Of a stretch of 64,000 nt of DNA, positions 45,335 to 55,159 are shown in pieces. The DNA is from an uncultured Gammaproteobacteria bacterium (GTDB taxonomy: Bacteria; Patescibacteriota; Patescibacteriia; UBA1558; GWA2-36-10). A program made the position numbers and the translations under genes. The stretch is taken from positions 9,336 to 73,335 of the forward strand of contig CAZWIT010000004.1 in the NCBI GenBank assembly GCA_964633905.1, in the 5' to 3' direction. Numbering within the stretch: the first letter of the stretch is position 1; each line of letters starts with the position of its first letter. The notes under the pieces were generated by a model. It was not told the DNA's origin and ran no database searches. It worked only from the letters and a program-made list of their open reading frames with translations.

Positions 45335-47821
45335 ATGAAAAGTACAAATAAAAAATCAGCAACAGCCATAGAGCCAGTATTAAATGGTGGTCGCATCGAG
45401 CCTTTGTCCATTGTTGAAGAAATGCAAACCTCCTATTTGGATTATGCCATGAGCGTTATTGTCTCTCGTGCCTTGCCAGATGTTAGAGATGGTTTAAAGC
45501 CAGTGCATCGTCGCATTCTCTATGCCATGTGGAGCATTGGTTTGAGGCATAGTGCTAAATTTAGAAAATCAGCTACCGTTGTCGGTGAAGTTTTAGGTAA
45601 ATATCATCCTCATGGTGATTCAGCTGTTTATGATTCAATGGTGCGTATGGCTCAGGATTTTGCTATGCGTTATCCATTGATCAATGGTCAGGGTAACTTT
45701 GGTTCTATGGATGGCGATGGCGCTGCTGCCATGCGTTATACGGAAGCAAAATTGCAAGCTGTAGCTGAAGAAATGTTGTTTGATATTGATAAAAACACGG
45801 TTGATTTTATACCAAACTATGACGGCTCTCAACAAGAACCAAAAGTATTGCCAGCTAAACTACCAAACTTACTTTTAAATGGCGCTACTGGTATTGCGGT
45901 TGGTATGGCTACTAATATTCCGCCGCATAATTTAGGAGAGCTGATTGACGCTATTCATTTATTAATTGATGAACCTGATAGTACAGTTGATGATCTTTTA
46001 GCTTTAGTAAAAGGCCCAGATTTTCCAACTGGTGGCGTTATTTATAATCAAGCGGATATTAAAAATGCTTATGCCACTGGTCGGGGCGGTATTGTGATCA
46101 GGGGCGAAGCTGATATTAGCGAAACTAAAGCTGGTCAATTTCAGATTATTGTTTCTTCTGTGCCTTATCAGGTAAATAAAGCTACCTTACTTGAAAAGAT
46201 TGCTTTATTGGTTAAAGATAAAAAGATTGACGGCATTAAAGATTTGCGTGATGAATCAGATAAAGATGGTGTCCGCATTGTCATTGAACTTAAAAAAGAA
46301 GCGTATCCTAAAAAAGTTTTAAACAATTTGTATAAATATACTCAGTTGCAAGAAACTTTTCACGTCAATATGCTAGCCTTGGTGGACGGTCTGCAACCTA
46401 GGGTGCTTACTTTAAAAAATATTTTAGAAGAGTACATCAAACATCGCCAAGTTGTGATCGTGAGACGTACGCAATTTGATTTAGACAAAGCCAAAGACAG
46501 AGCTCACATTTTGGAAGGCTTAAATATTGCCTTAGATAAAATTGATGCTGTTATCAAAGTAATACGCGCTTCTAAAGATAAGGAAGTTGCCAAAAATAAT
46601 TTGATGAGTAAATTCAAATTAAGCGAAAGGCAAGCAGTGGCAATTTTGGAAATGCGTTTACAAAACTTAGCTAACCTAGAAAGATTAAAAATTGAAGCAG
46701 AGCTTAAAGAAAAATTAAAGTTGATCAAAGAATTAACAGCTATTTTAAATAGCCGTTCTAGAGTTTTGGATTTGATCAAAGAAGAATTGGCAGAAATAAA
46801 AGATCGTTTTGCCGATGAACGTCGCACTAAAGTAGTAAAATCAGCAGTTGGTCAAATGAACACGGAAGATTTAATTCCTAATGAAGCCGCAGTTATTGCT
46901 ATTACCTATGATGGTTACGTTAAGCGCTTATCGCCTGAAATTTTTAAAACCCAAGGCCGGGGCGGCAAAGGTGTTTTAGGCCTTACAACCAAAGAGCAAG
47001 ATGAGGTAGAAATTTTTACTACCACTAATACGCATGCAGATTTAATGTTTTTTACTACCAAGGGTAGAGTTTTTCAACTCAAGGCTTATGAAGTGCCAGC
47101 TATGTCTCGTACGGCCAAAGGTCAAAATATTGTAAACTTTTTACAACTTTCACCTGATGAAAAAGTGTCAGCAATTCTATCTAGTCAAGATGTCTCGGCT
47201 TTTAAATATTTTGTTATGGCCACTCGTTTGGGTGTGATTAAAAAAGTAGCCGTTGATCAATTCGATAATGTCCGCCGTTCGGGCCTGATTGCTATTAAGC
47301 TCAAAGGTGACGATTTATTAAATTGGATTATGCCTTCGTCTGGTAAGGATGATATTATTATTGTGACTGCTAATGGCCAAGCAATTAGATTTAAAGAAAA
47401 AGAAGTACGTGATATGGGAAGAAATGCTTCTGGGGTTAGGGCTATACGCTTAAAGAAAAATGATGAAGTAGTGGGCGTTGATTTGATTAATGAAGGTAAA
47501 AGTGGCAAGGATGAACAAGTTTTAGTAGTAATGAGCCACGGTTTTGGTAAGCGCACTAATTTAAATGCTTATAAAGTTCAGGGCCGTGGTGGTTCGGGCA
47601 TTAAGACTGCTCAAGTAACTTCTAAAACTGGCCCAGTGGCTGGCGCTAGGATTATTAGTTCTCATACCGAAACTCAAGATATTATTATTATTTCTCGCAA
47701 AGGGCAAGTTATTCGTTTGCCAATAAAATCAGTTAGTGTTTTAGGACGGGCAACTCAAGGCGTTAGACTAATGCGCTTTAAAGACAATGATGACAAGGTG
47801 TCATCGGTTACCTTTATCTAA
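45335..47821 (+). CDS. gyrA: DNA gyrase subunit A
   Basis: 828 aa. [14 protein letters not shown], active-site Tyr region [14 protein letters not shown]-like [19 protein letters not shown]-terminal beta-pinwheel repeats. Confidence 0.9.
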   Translation: MKSTNKKSATAIEPVLNGGRIEPLSIVEEMQTSYLDYAMSVIVSRALPDVRDGLKPVHRRILYAMWSIGLRHSAKFRKSATVVGEVLGKYHPHGDSAVYDSMVRMAQDFAMRYPLINGQGNFGSMDGDGAAAMRYTEAKLQAVAEEMLFDIDKNTVDFIPNYDGSQQEPKVLPAKLPNLLLNGATGIAVGMATNIPPHNLGELIDAIHLLIDEPDSTVDDLLALVKGPDFPTGGVIYNQADIKNAYATGRGGIVIRGEADISETKAGQFQIIVSSVPYQVNKATLLEKIALLVKDKKIDGIKDLRDESDKDGVRIVIELKKEAYPKKVLNNLYKYTQLQETFHVNMLALVDGLQPRVLTLKNILEEYIKHRQVVIVRRTQFDLDKAKDRAHILEGLNIALDKIDAVIKVIRASKDKEVAKNNLMSKFKLSERQAVAILEMRLQNLANLERLKIEAELKEKLKLIKELTAILNSRSRVLDLIKEELAEIKDRFADERRTKVVKSAVGQMNTEDLIPNEAAVIAITYDGYVKRLSPEIFKTQGRGGKGVLGLTTKEQDEVEIFTTTNTHADLMFFTTKGRVFQLKAYEVPAMSRTAKGQNIVNFLQLSPDEKVSAILSSQDVSAFKYFVMATRLGVIKKVAVDQFDNVRRSGLIAIKLKGDDLLNWIMPSSGKDDIIIVTANGQAIRFKEKEVRDMGRNASGVRAIRLKKNDEVVGVDLINEGKSGKDEQVLVVMSHGFGKRTNLNAYKVQGRGGSGIKTAQVTSKTGPVAGARIISSHTETQDIIIISRKGQVIRLPIKSVSVLGRATQGVRLMRFKDNDDKVSSVTFI

Positions 47822-47832
47822 ACTAATACAAA

Positions 47833-48843
47833 ATGTCCGAACGTATTATATCCTCAGTCGAACAAAACACCGATAAGGTGTGGGATTTGACTTTGCGTCC
47901 GCAAAGCATGGCTGATTATATTGGTCAAAAGCAAGTCAAAGCTAATTTGGAAATTGTTTTATCAGCTGCTAAAAATCGACAAGAGTCCTTGGATCACGTT
48001 TTGCTTTACGGCCCTCCTGGCTTAGGTAAAACAACGCTAGCTCATATTATTGCCAAAGAAATGGGAGTCGGGATCAAGGTTACCTCTGGTCCAGCTATTT
48101 CTAAAGCAGGCGATTTAGCTGCTATTATTACTAACTTACAGCAAGGCGATATTTTGTTTATTGATGAAATTCACCGCTTACCTAAAGTTATTGAAGAAGT
48201 TTTGTATCCAGCCATGGAAGACTTTGCTTTAGATATTATTTTAGGCAAAGGTCCGTCGGCTCAAATTTTACGTCTAGATTTACCCAAATTTACTTTGATT
48301 GGCGCAACTACTAGATATAATCTTATTTCTTCGCCTTTACGTGATCGTTTTGGTGTTACTTTTCGTTTGGATTTTTATAGTCCTGATGAATTATCAGAAA
48401 TTATTAAGCGTTCAGCTGATATTTTGACAGTGCCAACTACCAAAGAAGCTCGGCAAGAAATAGCTGATCGCAGTCGGGCCACGCCCAGGATTGCTAATCG
48501 TATTTTAAAACGAGTACGTGATTATGCTCAAGTAAAGGGTAATGGTGATGTTTCTTTGGATTTGACTAAACAAGCTTTAAATTTAATGGCCATTGATCAA
48601 TATGGCTTAGACGAACTTGATCGGAGATTGCTTAAGATACTAATTGAAAATTTTAATGGCGGTCCAGTGGGTTTAGGTACACTAGCAGCTGCCCTGCAAG
48701 AAGATCCGGGCACAGTCGAAGAAATTTTTGAACCTTATTTAATGCAGTTAGGATTTTTAGCCAGGACCTCAAAAGGTAGAGTAGCTACTCAAGCAGCTTA
48801 TAAATATTTAGGTTTAGACGTGCCGGAAAATAGATTGTTTTAA
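47833..48843 (+). CDS. ruvB: Holliday junction branch-migration helicase RuvB
   Basis: 336 aa. LRPQSMADYIGQ, Walker A GPPGLGKTT, Walker B DEIHRL, winged-helix C-terminus. Confidence 0.95.
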   Translation: MSERIISSVEQNTDKVWDLTLRPQSMADYIGQKQVKANLEIVLSAAKNRQESLDHVLLYGPPGLGKTTLAHIIAKEMGVGIKVTSGPAISKAGDLAAIITNLQQGDILFIDEIHRLPKVIEEVLYPAMEDFALDIILGKGPSAQILRLDLPKFTLIGATTRYNLISSPLRDRFGVTFRLDFYSPDELSEIIKRSADILTVPTTKEARQEIADRSRATPRIANRILKRVRDYAQVKGNGDVSLDLTKQALNLMAIDQYGLDELDRRLLKILIENFNGGPVGLGTLAAALQEDPGTVEEIFEPYLMQLGFLARTSKGRVATQAAYKYLGLDVPENRLF

Positions 48844-48846
48844 AAT

Positions 48847-49503
48847 ATGAAGCTACTTTTAACATCAGGGGGGATTACCAATCAATCAATTGCTAAGGCC
48901 CTTTTTGATTTAACTAATAAAAAGCCAGAAGATACAAATTTAGTTTTTATACCGACAGCAGCAAATGTAGAGCCTGGTGATAAAAGTTGGTTGATAAATG
49001 ATTTATTTAATCTAAAAAAATTAAATTTTAAATCTATTGAAATTATTGATATTGCAGCAGTTGACCAAGAAATTTGGCTACCAAGGTTTAAGCAGGCTGA
49101 TGTTTTGTGTTTTGGAGGAGGGAATACTCGATATCTAATGGAGCAAGTCAATAAATCTGGTTTATCTAATTTATTGGTAGACTTATTGATTAATAAAGTG
49201 TATATGGGCATTAGTGCTGGTAGTATGATTTTATGTCCAGATTTAGCACTAAAATTGACTATGTGGCTCTACGAAGAAGATGCCCCTAAACCAAATAACG
49301 TTAATTGTTTAAATTATGTTGATTTTTATTTTTTACCACATTTAAATTCTACTCATTTTAAAGTAAGGAATGATAGTTTTATCAGAGAAGTGGCTAAAGA
49401 TATAAAAAAGAAAATTTATGCCTTAGACGATAATTCGGCTTTAAAGTTTGTAGATGGTAAGGTTGAAATTATTAGTGAAGGTCAGTGGTTTACGATTAAT
49501 TAA
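48847..49503 (+). CDS. Peptidase S51 (dipeptidase E-like, class I glutamine amidotransferase fold)
   Basis: 218 aa. VLCFGGGNTRYL and GISAGSMI (Ser nucleophile) motifs. Confidence 0.7.
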   Translation: MKLLLTSGGITNQSIAKALFDLTNKKPEDTNLVFIPTAANVEPGDKSWLINDLFNLKKLNFKSIEIIDIAAVDQEIWLPRFKQADVLCFGGGNTRYLMEQVNKSGLSNLLVDLLINKVYMGISAGSMILCPDLALKLTMWLYEEDAPKPNNVNCLNYVDFYFLPHLNSTHFKVRNDSFIREVAKDIKKKIYALDDNSALKFVDGKVEIISEGQWFTIN

Positions 49504-49513
49504 TTTTTAAAAT

Positions 49514-49813
49514 ATGCCAAATTTTGAGAAATCAAGTAGCCGAGAAGAAATTAAACAAAAAGTTCTGGCTCAATTTTTAATTGAATATGAAGCCAAGATG
49601 CAGGCAGAGCCAGATTTGTACGATGAGGAAGATTTGTCTGCTATTGAAAAGTTAGCTCAAGGTGAAAAAATAAAATGGGACGTGCAGGGAGCGGACTTAC
49701 TTGCTAAAATCTGTCAAGATTTTCGTTTGGGTCCAGAAGAAGGTATTGCCTTACGTGTCCAGATTTTTGAAGATGCAAAAGTACCAGATTGGTATAATAA
49801 AGATTCAGAGTAA
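49514..49813 (+). CDS. Acidic hypothetical protein (99 aa)
   Basis: ORF with good coding look. No family recognised. Confidence 0.45.
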   Translation: MPNFEKSSSREEIKQKVLAQFLIEYEAKMQAEPDLYDEEDLSAIEKLAQGEKIKWDVQGADLLAKICQDFRLGPEEGIALRVQIFEDAKVPDWYNKDSE

Positions 49814-49823
49814 ATAATTATTT

Positions 49824-50189
49824 TTGAATAATATGAAAAAATTTTTAAGAGTATCATTGTTGATTTTAGTGTTAGCAGTAATAGTATTGTTTTTTAAGGA
49901 CGAAGAATATAGCTTGCTCCATATTAGTAATTATACCTTGAACAATATGGCGGGCAATTTAATTTTTGTCATTTTTTTTATATTATTAGGATTAATAACG
50001 CTAATTCGGTCAATTTTATTTTGGCGCGATGAAGATTATACTAGGGGTGTTTTAAAAAATAATGAAATATTTTTGAGCCAGATATTGGGAATGGAAAGGG
50101 CAGTTAAAATTTATCAGCGCCTGGCGCCATTTAGTATTGTTTTGTCAATCGCAGTTGTAATTTTTGGAATGGTTCTATATTTTCTTTAA
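49824..50189 (+). CDS. Hypothetical membrane protein (3 TM)
   Basis: 121 aa hydrophobic ORF. Confidence 0.45.
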   Translation: MNNMKKFLRVSLLILVLAVIVLFFKDEEYSLLHISNYTLNNMAGNLIFVIFFILLGLITLIRSILFWRDEDYTRGVLKNNEIFLSQILGMERAVKIYQRLAPFSIVLSIAVVIFGMVLYFL

Positions 50190-50198
50190 ACTATTATA

Positions 50199-50780
50199 AT
50201 GTCTAGACTTTTGCTGCACGCTTGTTGCGCACCCTGCTCCATCTATGTTTTACAAAAATTGTCAGCTGACTATGAGGTGACAATTTATTTTTATGATCCC
50301 AATATTCACCCCAGAAAGGAATATAATTTACGTCGGGATGAATTAAAACAATACGCTCAAAAATTAAATTTAGATTTTATTGAGGGCCCTTATGAAAGTG
50401 CTAAGTGGTTGGAAAAAACCAAAGGTTTAGAGCAGGAACCAGAAAAAGGTAAGCGTTGTGCAGTTTGTTTTGATATTCGCTTATTTGAATCAGCACGGCT
50501 AGCTAAAGAACAAAATTTTGATATCTGGACTACAGTTTTATCAATTAGTCCGCACAAAAGTGCTCGTCAAATAAATGAAATAGGTGAGCGTATTGCAAAA
50601 TTAGTTGCTTTGCCATTTATTTCAGCTGATTGGAAAAAACAAGATGGTTTTAAAATAGCCTCGCAACTGTCTAAACAAGAGAATTTTTATCGCCAAGATT
50701 ATTGTGGTTGCGTATATTCCAAGAATAATAAAAGAAATAGTAGTCATCCTGAACTTGTTTCAGGATCTCCAATACGTTAA
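50199..50780 (+). CDS. queH: Epoxyqueuosine reductase QueH (DUF208); its last ~12 codons are supplied by a repeat element
   Basis: 193 aa. LLHACCAPCS…C…C…CGC cysteine pattern of QueH. The C-terminal …SSHPELVSGSPIR* is encoded by the repeat starting at 50744. Confidence 0.8.
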   Translation: MSRLLLHACCAPCSIYVLQKLSADYEVTIYFYDPNIHPRKEYNLRRDELKQYAQKLNLDFIEGPYESAKWLEKTKGLEQEPEKGKRCAVCFDIRLFESARLAKEQNFDIWTTVLSISPHKSARQINEIGERIAKLVALPFISADWKKQDGFKIASQLSKQENFYRQDYCGCVYSKNNKRNSSHPELVSGSPIR

Positions 50781-50818
50781 AGTTTTTTAGAGATGCCGAA
50801 ATAAATTCGGCATGACAG
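50744..50818 (+). repeat. Copy 1 of a ~75-nt dual/triple-hairpin repeat element (second copy at 63394-63468)
   Basis: tcaTcctgaacttgTttcaggAtctccaa…agatgccgaaataaattcggcatgacag. Hairpins atcctgaa/ttcaggat and atgccgaa/ttcggcat. About 80% identical to copy 2, same orientation. Confidence 0.75.
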
Positions 50819-50827
50819 CATAAAAAT

Positions 50828-51862
50828 ATGAACATAAAACTATTTGATTATCATTTACCGCATGAGTTAATCGCTCAAAAACCTAGTTCACCACGCGATC
50901 ATTCAAGGCTTTTAGTTTTGGATAAAAAGACCGGCCAGCTAAAACATAAATATTTTTATGATTTAGTAGATATTTTAGGCAAAGACGATGTTTTAGTTTT
51001 AAATGAAACTAAAGTTTTTCCAGCGCGTCTAAAAGCTACTAAAACAACTGGCGGTAAGTTAGAAATTTTTTTACTAAAAGAGTTAGCAAGTGATATTTAT
51101 CAAGTCATGGTCGGCGGTCGGCGCTTTAAGCCTGGTGATAAAATTAATTTTGCCAAAAATTTTTACGGTCATTTTATAAAGCAAGAAAAAGATAATATTT
51201 GGCAGTTTCAATTTAATGTGACTGGTCAAATTTTAAATAAAAAAATAGAGCAGTATGGGCAGACACCTTTGCCACCTTATATTAAAATCAAAGATACTAA
51301 ATTAGTAAGGCAACGTTATCAAACTACTTTTGCTAAAAACAGAGGCTCGGTGGCTGCGCCGACCGCCGGCTTACATTTTACGCCGCAGCTTTTAAAAAAG
51401 CTGGAGAAAAAAGGGGTGCAGATTTTTAAAGTTACTTTGCATGTTGGCTTAGGTACTTTTGCGCCAGTCATAGTTCAAGATATTAAGGCTCATCAGATTC
51501 ACCAAGAGTGGGCGCAAATTGATCCTCGGACTGCTAAAAATTTAAATAAATTAAAACAGCAAGGTAAAAATATTATTGCTGTTGGCACAACTACGACGCG
51601 CACCTTAGAGGCTATGACCACTAGTCAAGGTGATTTGCAGAGCGGCGGGAAGTGGGTAAATATTTATATTTACCCAGGCTATAAGTATCGTTTTGTTGAT
51701 GAATTAATTACTAATTTTCATCTGCCTAAAAGTTCATTGCTTTTTATGGTGTCAGCTTTAGCTGGGCGGGCTAAAATTTTGTCAGCCTATAAAAAAGCTG
51801 TTAGTAAAAAATATCATTTTTTCTCTTTTGGCGATGCCATGTTTATTACTAAAAATCGTTAA
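50828..51862 (+). CDS. queA: S-adenosylmethionine:tRNA ribosyltransferase-isomerase
   Basis: 344 aa. MNIKLFDYHLPHELIAQKP N-terminus and QueA-wide similarity pattern. Confidence 0.9.
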   Translation: MNIKLFDYHLPHELIAQKPSSPRDHSRLLVLDKKTGQLKHKYFYDLVDILGKDDVLVLNETKVFPARLKATKTTGGKLEIFLLKELASDIYQVMVGGRRFKPGDKINFAKNFYGHFIKQEKDNIWQFQFNVTGQILNKKIEQYGQTPLPPYIKIKDTKLVRQRYQTTFAKNRGSVAAPTAGLHFTPQLLKKLEKKGVQIFKVTLHVGLGTFAPVIVQDIKAHQIHQEWAQIDPRTAKNLNKLKQQGKNIIAVGTTTTRTLEAMTTSQGDLQSGGKWVNIYIYPGYKYRFVDELITNFHLPKSSLLFMVSALAGRAKILSAYKKAVSKKYHFFSFGDAMFITKNR

Positions 51863-52077
51863 AAATAAATCCATCCAACTACTAGAGAGCAGCTGGATGG
51901 ATTAAAAAACTTCCATGCTTTGTATTTAATTGTAATCTTTTTTAAATCATAAATTACTAGGACAACTAGTTTTTTATTTTTATGTCTTTTTTAAGGAGAC
52001 AATTTTAGTTGTGCTGGCAAATTGATTTAAAATTTTAAATAAGAACTATTAAGACTTATTTATTATAGCATAATTTG

Positions 52078-52111
52078 AAAAAATCCCCCAGCCGTATTTG
52101 CGGACTGGGGG
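52078..52111 (-). terminator. Rho-independent terminator downstream of the NYN-domain gene (minus strand)
   Basis: cccccagccg-tatttg-cggactggggg stem. The minus-strand read is followed by ATTTTTT. Confidence 0.55.
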
Positions 52112-52117
52112 TGATAT

Positions 52118-52696
52118 TTAAGCTCGCGGCAGACTACTAAAATTAAAGTCAGCAGGTATACTGGCCTTGGGGCTTAAAAATTTTTGTTTTTCAGCGGGGT
52201 CGTTCAGAAAAATGATGTCAAAACCAGCTTGACTATACAATCCATTAACATTGTCTTGGCTAGCAGCCACGATAGTGACTTTCATGCCTAGACTCTTGGC
52301 TTTGATGGCTTGACCAAAAAGGCTACCGTCTCCTGACATAATAATAACCTGCTTATAGGTATTAGCATTGGCTTCTAGGCCAATAGCTTTCATGCTCATA
52401 GCAGCAATAATAGCTGAATCAGCTTCTTGAGGCTGTGGTTCTTGGGCATCATCAATGTTGGTTTCAAAGACAAAAATATTAGGGAAATTATCCAAAATTC
52501 TCCTGATAAAAGGAGGTAGACCTTTAGTGGAGCTAAAGTGTCCATAGACATACATTTGAAATGGTCCAAATTTTTCTTGCAACCAATAAACTAGACTAAA
52601 TACATTGAGTCGACAGTCGCGGTTAGCTAGGTGTAGAGATAAAAAAATATTTTCAGCATCCAAAAATATAACAGTGCTAGGCCGCTCGTTTTCCAT
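52118..52696 (-). CDS. NYN-domain (LabA/DUF88-like) protein, predicted RNase
   Basis: 192 aa. VIFLDAENIF…D….IIMSGDGSLF…G..V pattern of PIN-like NYN domains. Confidence 0.65.
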   Translation of the reverse strand: MENERPSTVIFLDAENIFLSLHLANRDCRLNVFSLVYWLQEKFGPFQMYVYGHFSSTKGLPPFIRRILDNFPNIFVFETNIDDAQEPQPQEADSAIIAAMSMKAIGLEANANTYKQVIIMSGDGSLFGQAIKAKSLGMKVTIVAASQDNVNGLYSQAGFDIIFLNDPAEKQKFLSPKASIPADFNFSSLPRA

Positions 52697-52807
52697 GTTT
52701 CCTCCCAGGATTGTGAGAACTGGTCTGACCTTATTTTTTATATAATTTAATGATCATTGAATAGACCGATCAGTCTATTATCTTTTGTGCTTAATGTCAA
52801 GTCAGGC

Positions 52808-54376
52808 TTATTTAAGCGGGCTTGATGTTGTATTGCTTAGAGGTGGGCAGTCAAGAATTATTACGTTTTCATCTATATCATTTCTTTGACAATTTTTAAA
52901 TCTTTCTATATTTTTGAAATATTTTTCAGACAGATAATAATATTTGCCATTTTGTTTTTCTTCAAAGCTTGCATTTTTCATAATGCCCCTTTCATCTGCT
53001 AGCCAGAAAACAGCCAATATTCTATAGGGGTAGTTATTTATAAAGTCTGGTCTAATGACTCGTATATCATAAACTTTTTTTTCGCTATATAAAATAAAAG
53101 ATAAAACTTGCCAATTAGTTAGAATGATATCGTTTTTTTGAAATCCATTGTTATCGCTGTAGGTGAGGGTTTTTTTTATCCAGTCAGTTTTATAAGCGTT
53201 TATCTGATTATTCATTGCGAAGAATAGTAAAAAATAAAGACCAAATAAAATAATAATTTGAAAAAGGTAATATTTAAAATATTTATTATAGCGACTGAAT
53301 ATTTCATGCAGAATATTAGCCAGCATTATCATTATAATTGGTAATAGTGGAATAAATATTCTACTGTTCCAGGATTCCCCCGGTATTAAAAGCGGTATAA
53401 AAATAATAAAAATAATTGTAAAGATTGATAAATATTCGGGGATTATTTTTTTTGTTATTGTGCTATATTGGGGCAAAATTTTATTTAATATTTTATAATT
53501 AGAATATACTAGTAAAATAATTATTAACCAAAATAATTTGGCTATTGTTGCTTCATTATTGGCTACGTCTTTACCATTTAGGTGTGTATAAAAGTTTATC
53601 CAAAATTTTACTAAAATCAGCCAAGGTAAAGTACCAAATAATAAGTATAAAAAATTATATAAAAATAGGCGATTAATTTTTAAATATTTGTTTTTTATTA
53701 GATCATAGTAGAAAATAAATATAGTAAGTACTAAAAAAGCTATAATATGAATATGAAATGTTAAAAGTAATGCGCTGGTAGTTAAAAATAGAAATTTATT
53801 TTTTTTATGTAATATATATAAATAATTAAAATATATAGTAAGTAAACTACTAAAAATTAAAGGAGAATAATATCTAGCTTGTTGGCCATATTTGATTGAC
53901 CAAAAATCGATGGCAAATAAAAAACAGGCAAGTAGCGATATTTTTTTATTTTTCCATAATTTTTCTGAGAGTAAGAAGATTAAAAGTATTGTTAAAATGT
54001 AAAATAATAAAAATGGTAATCTAGCTGATAACTCTGACCAATTAAATATTTTTAACCAAGGTGCTAAATAATAATAAGTAAACCAGCCTTTATTATTCTC
54101 GTATTTTGAGCCAATATAATTACTAGAGGCATATTTATATACGGGGTCATTAATTGGTGCTTTTATAGATTCTCCGTTTTCATAGATTGGTTCACCTTCA
54201 AAATAGGCATTTGGATAGCCGTCATTTATTACTTGCAGAGAGTTAATAACTGTTTCTGCTTCATCGGTCCATAATAAACCTTTATTAATATTAATTAATC
54301 GTAAACTTAAACCAAGTAAAATAATGGCTAGTAGAAATATTTTATAATTTTTTTCTAAATCAAATTTAATTTTCAT
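52808..54376 (-). CDS. GT-C fold membrane glycosyltransferase (GT39/GT83, ArnT/PMT-like)
   Basis: 522 aa, more than 10 TM helices. First periplasmic loop carries the WTDEAET (DE) motif. Large C-terminal soluble domain. Confidence 0.6.
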   Translation of the reverse strand: MKIKFDLEKNYKIFLLAIILLGLSLRLININKGLLWTDEAETVINSLQVINDGYPNAYFEGEPIYENGESIKAPINDPVYKYASSNYIGSKYENNKGWFTYYYLAPWLKIFNWSELSARLPFLLFYILTILLIFLLSEKLWKNKKISLLACFLFAIDFWSIKYGQQARYYSPLIFSSLLTIYFNYLYILHKKNKFLFLTTSALLLTFHIHIIAFLVLTIFIFYYDLIKNKYLKINRLFLYNFLYLLFGTLPWLILVKFWINFYTHLNGKDVANNEATIAKLFWLIIILLVYSNYKILNKILPQYSTITKKIIPEYLSIFTIIFIIFIPLLIPGESWNSRIFIPLLPIIMIMLANILHEIFSRYNKYFKYYLFQIIILFGLYFLLFFAMNNQINAYKTDWIKKTLTYSDNNGFQKNDIILTNWQVLSFILYSEKKVYDIRVIRPDFINNYPYRILAVFWLADERGIMKNASFEEKQNGKYYYLSEKYFKNIERFKNCQRNDIDENVIILDCPPLSNTTSSPLK

Positions 54377-55127
54377 TATTTTTTATTTTAGCAAATTGGC
54401 TAGTATGTCTTATTTTTAATTTTTCTAATTTGTATTTAGTTAAAGTTTTTAATATATCTAAGCCATATTGAATGCTACGTTTTAAGCTGATGCTCGAAGC
54501 ATCTTTAAAATAGCTAGTATTTATTGGTATTTCTTTAATTTTAAAATTATTTGCTACTAATTGAACTATAATTTCCGTATCAAAAACAAAATCATCGGAA
54601 TTTTTTTCTAAGGGTAAAGTTTTTAGAGCGTTACAAGAATAGGCTCGAAAACCAGAATGATATTCAGATAAATTGATGCCCAAAATAAAATTTTCTATTT
54701 TAGTTAAGAAAATATTAGCTAAAAATTTCCATTTAGGCATGCCACCATTTAAAGCATCTTGTTTATTTAACATTCGTGAGCCAAAAACAGCATCGCATTC
54801 ATTGTTGATTAAGGGAGCTAGCATTTGCGGAACTAATTTGGGGTTATATTGATGATCAGGGTGAATCATGATCACAATATCAGCACCAAGCGCTAGGGCT
54901 TCTTTGTAACAAGTTTTTTGATTAGCGCCATAACCTTTATTTTTAGGATGAACAAAAACTATAAGACCTAATTGTTTGGCTATAGCAACAGTGTTATCTT
55001 GGCTGGCATCATCTACTAAAATAATTTCATCAACTGTATTTGCGGGTATATCATCTAAAGTAAGCTTTAATGTTTTGGCAGCATTGTAGGCTGGTAAAAC
55101 GGCGATTATTTTTTTCTTTTCGGCCAT
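54366..55127 (-). CDS. GT2 glycosyltransferase, DPM1/ArnC-like polyprenyl-phosphate sugar synthase
   Basis: 253 aa. IIAVLPAYNA…VDEIILVDDASQDNT (DxD) and catalytic-region layout of dolichyl/undecaprenyl-phosphate glycosyltransferases. Confidence 0.8.
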   Translation of the reverse strand: MAEKKKIIAVLPAYNAAKTLKLTLDDIPANTVDEIILVDDASQDNTVAIAKQLGLIVFVHPKNKGYGANQKTCYKEALALGADIVIMIHPDHQYNPKLVPQMLAPLINNECDAVFGSRMLNKQDALNGGMPKWKFLANIFLTKIENFILGINLSEYHSGFRAYSCNALKTLPLEKNSDDFVFDTEIIVQLVANNFKIKEIPINTSYFKDASSISLKRSIQYGLDILKTLTKYKLEKLKIRHTSQFAKIKNNEN

Positions 55128-55159
55128 GTGATTAGGGGTAATATTTTAGTTAAGTATAT

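Noticed and set aside
51863-52077. Candidate hairpin (atccatcca…tggatggat) and possible small ORF after queA
   Set aside because: The hairpin has a 16-nt loop and no U-tract. No ORF with a start codon and RBS was found in the gap. It was left unannotated.
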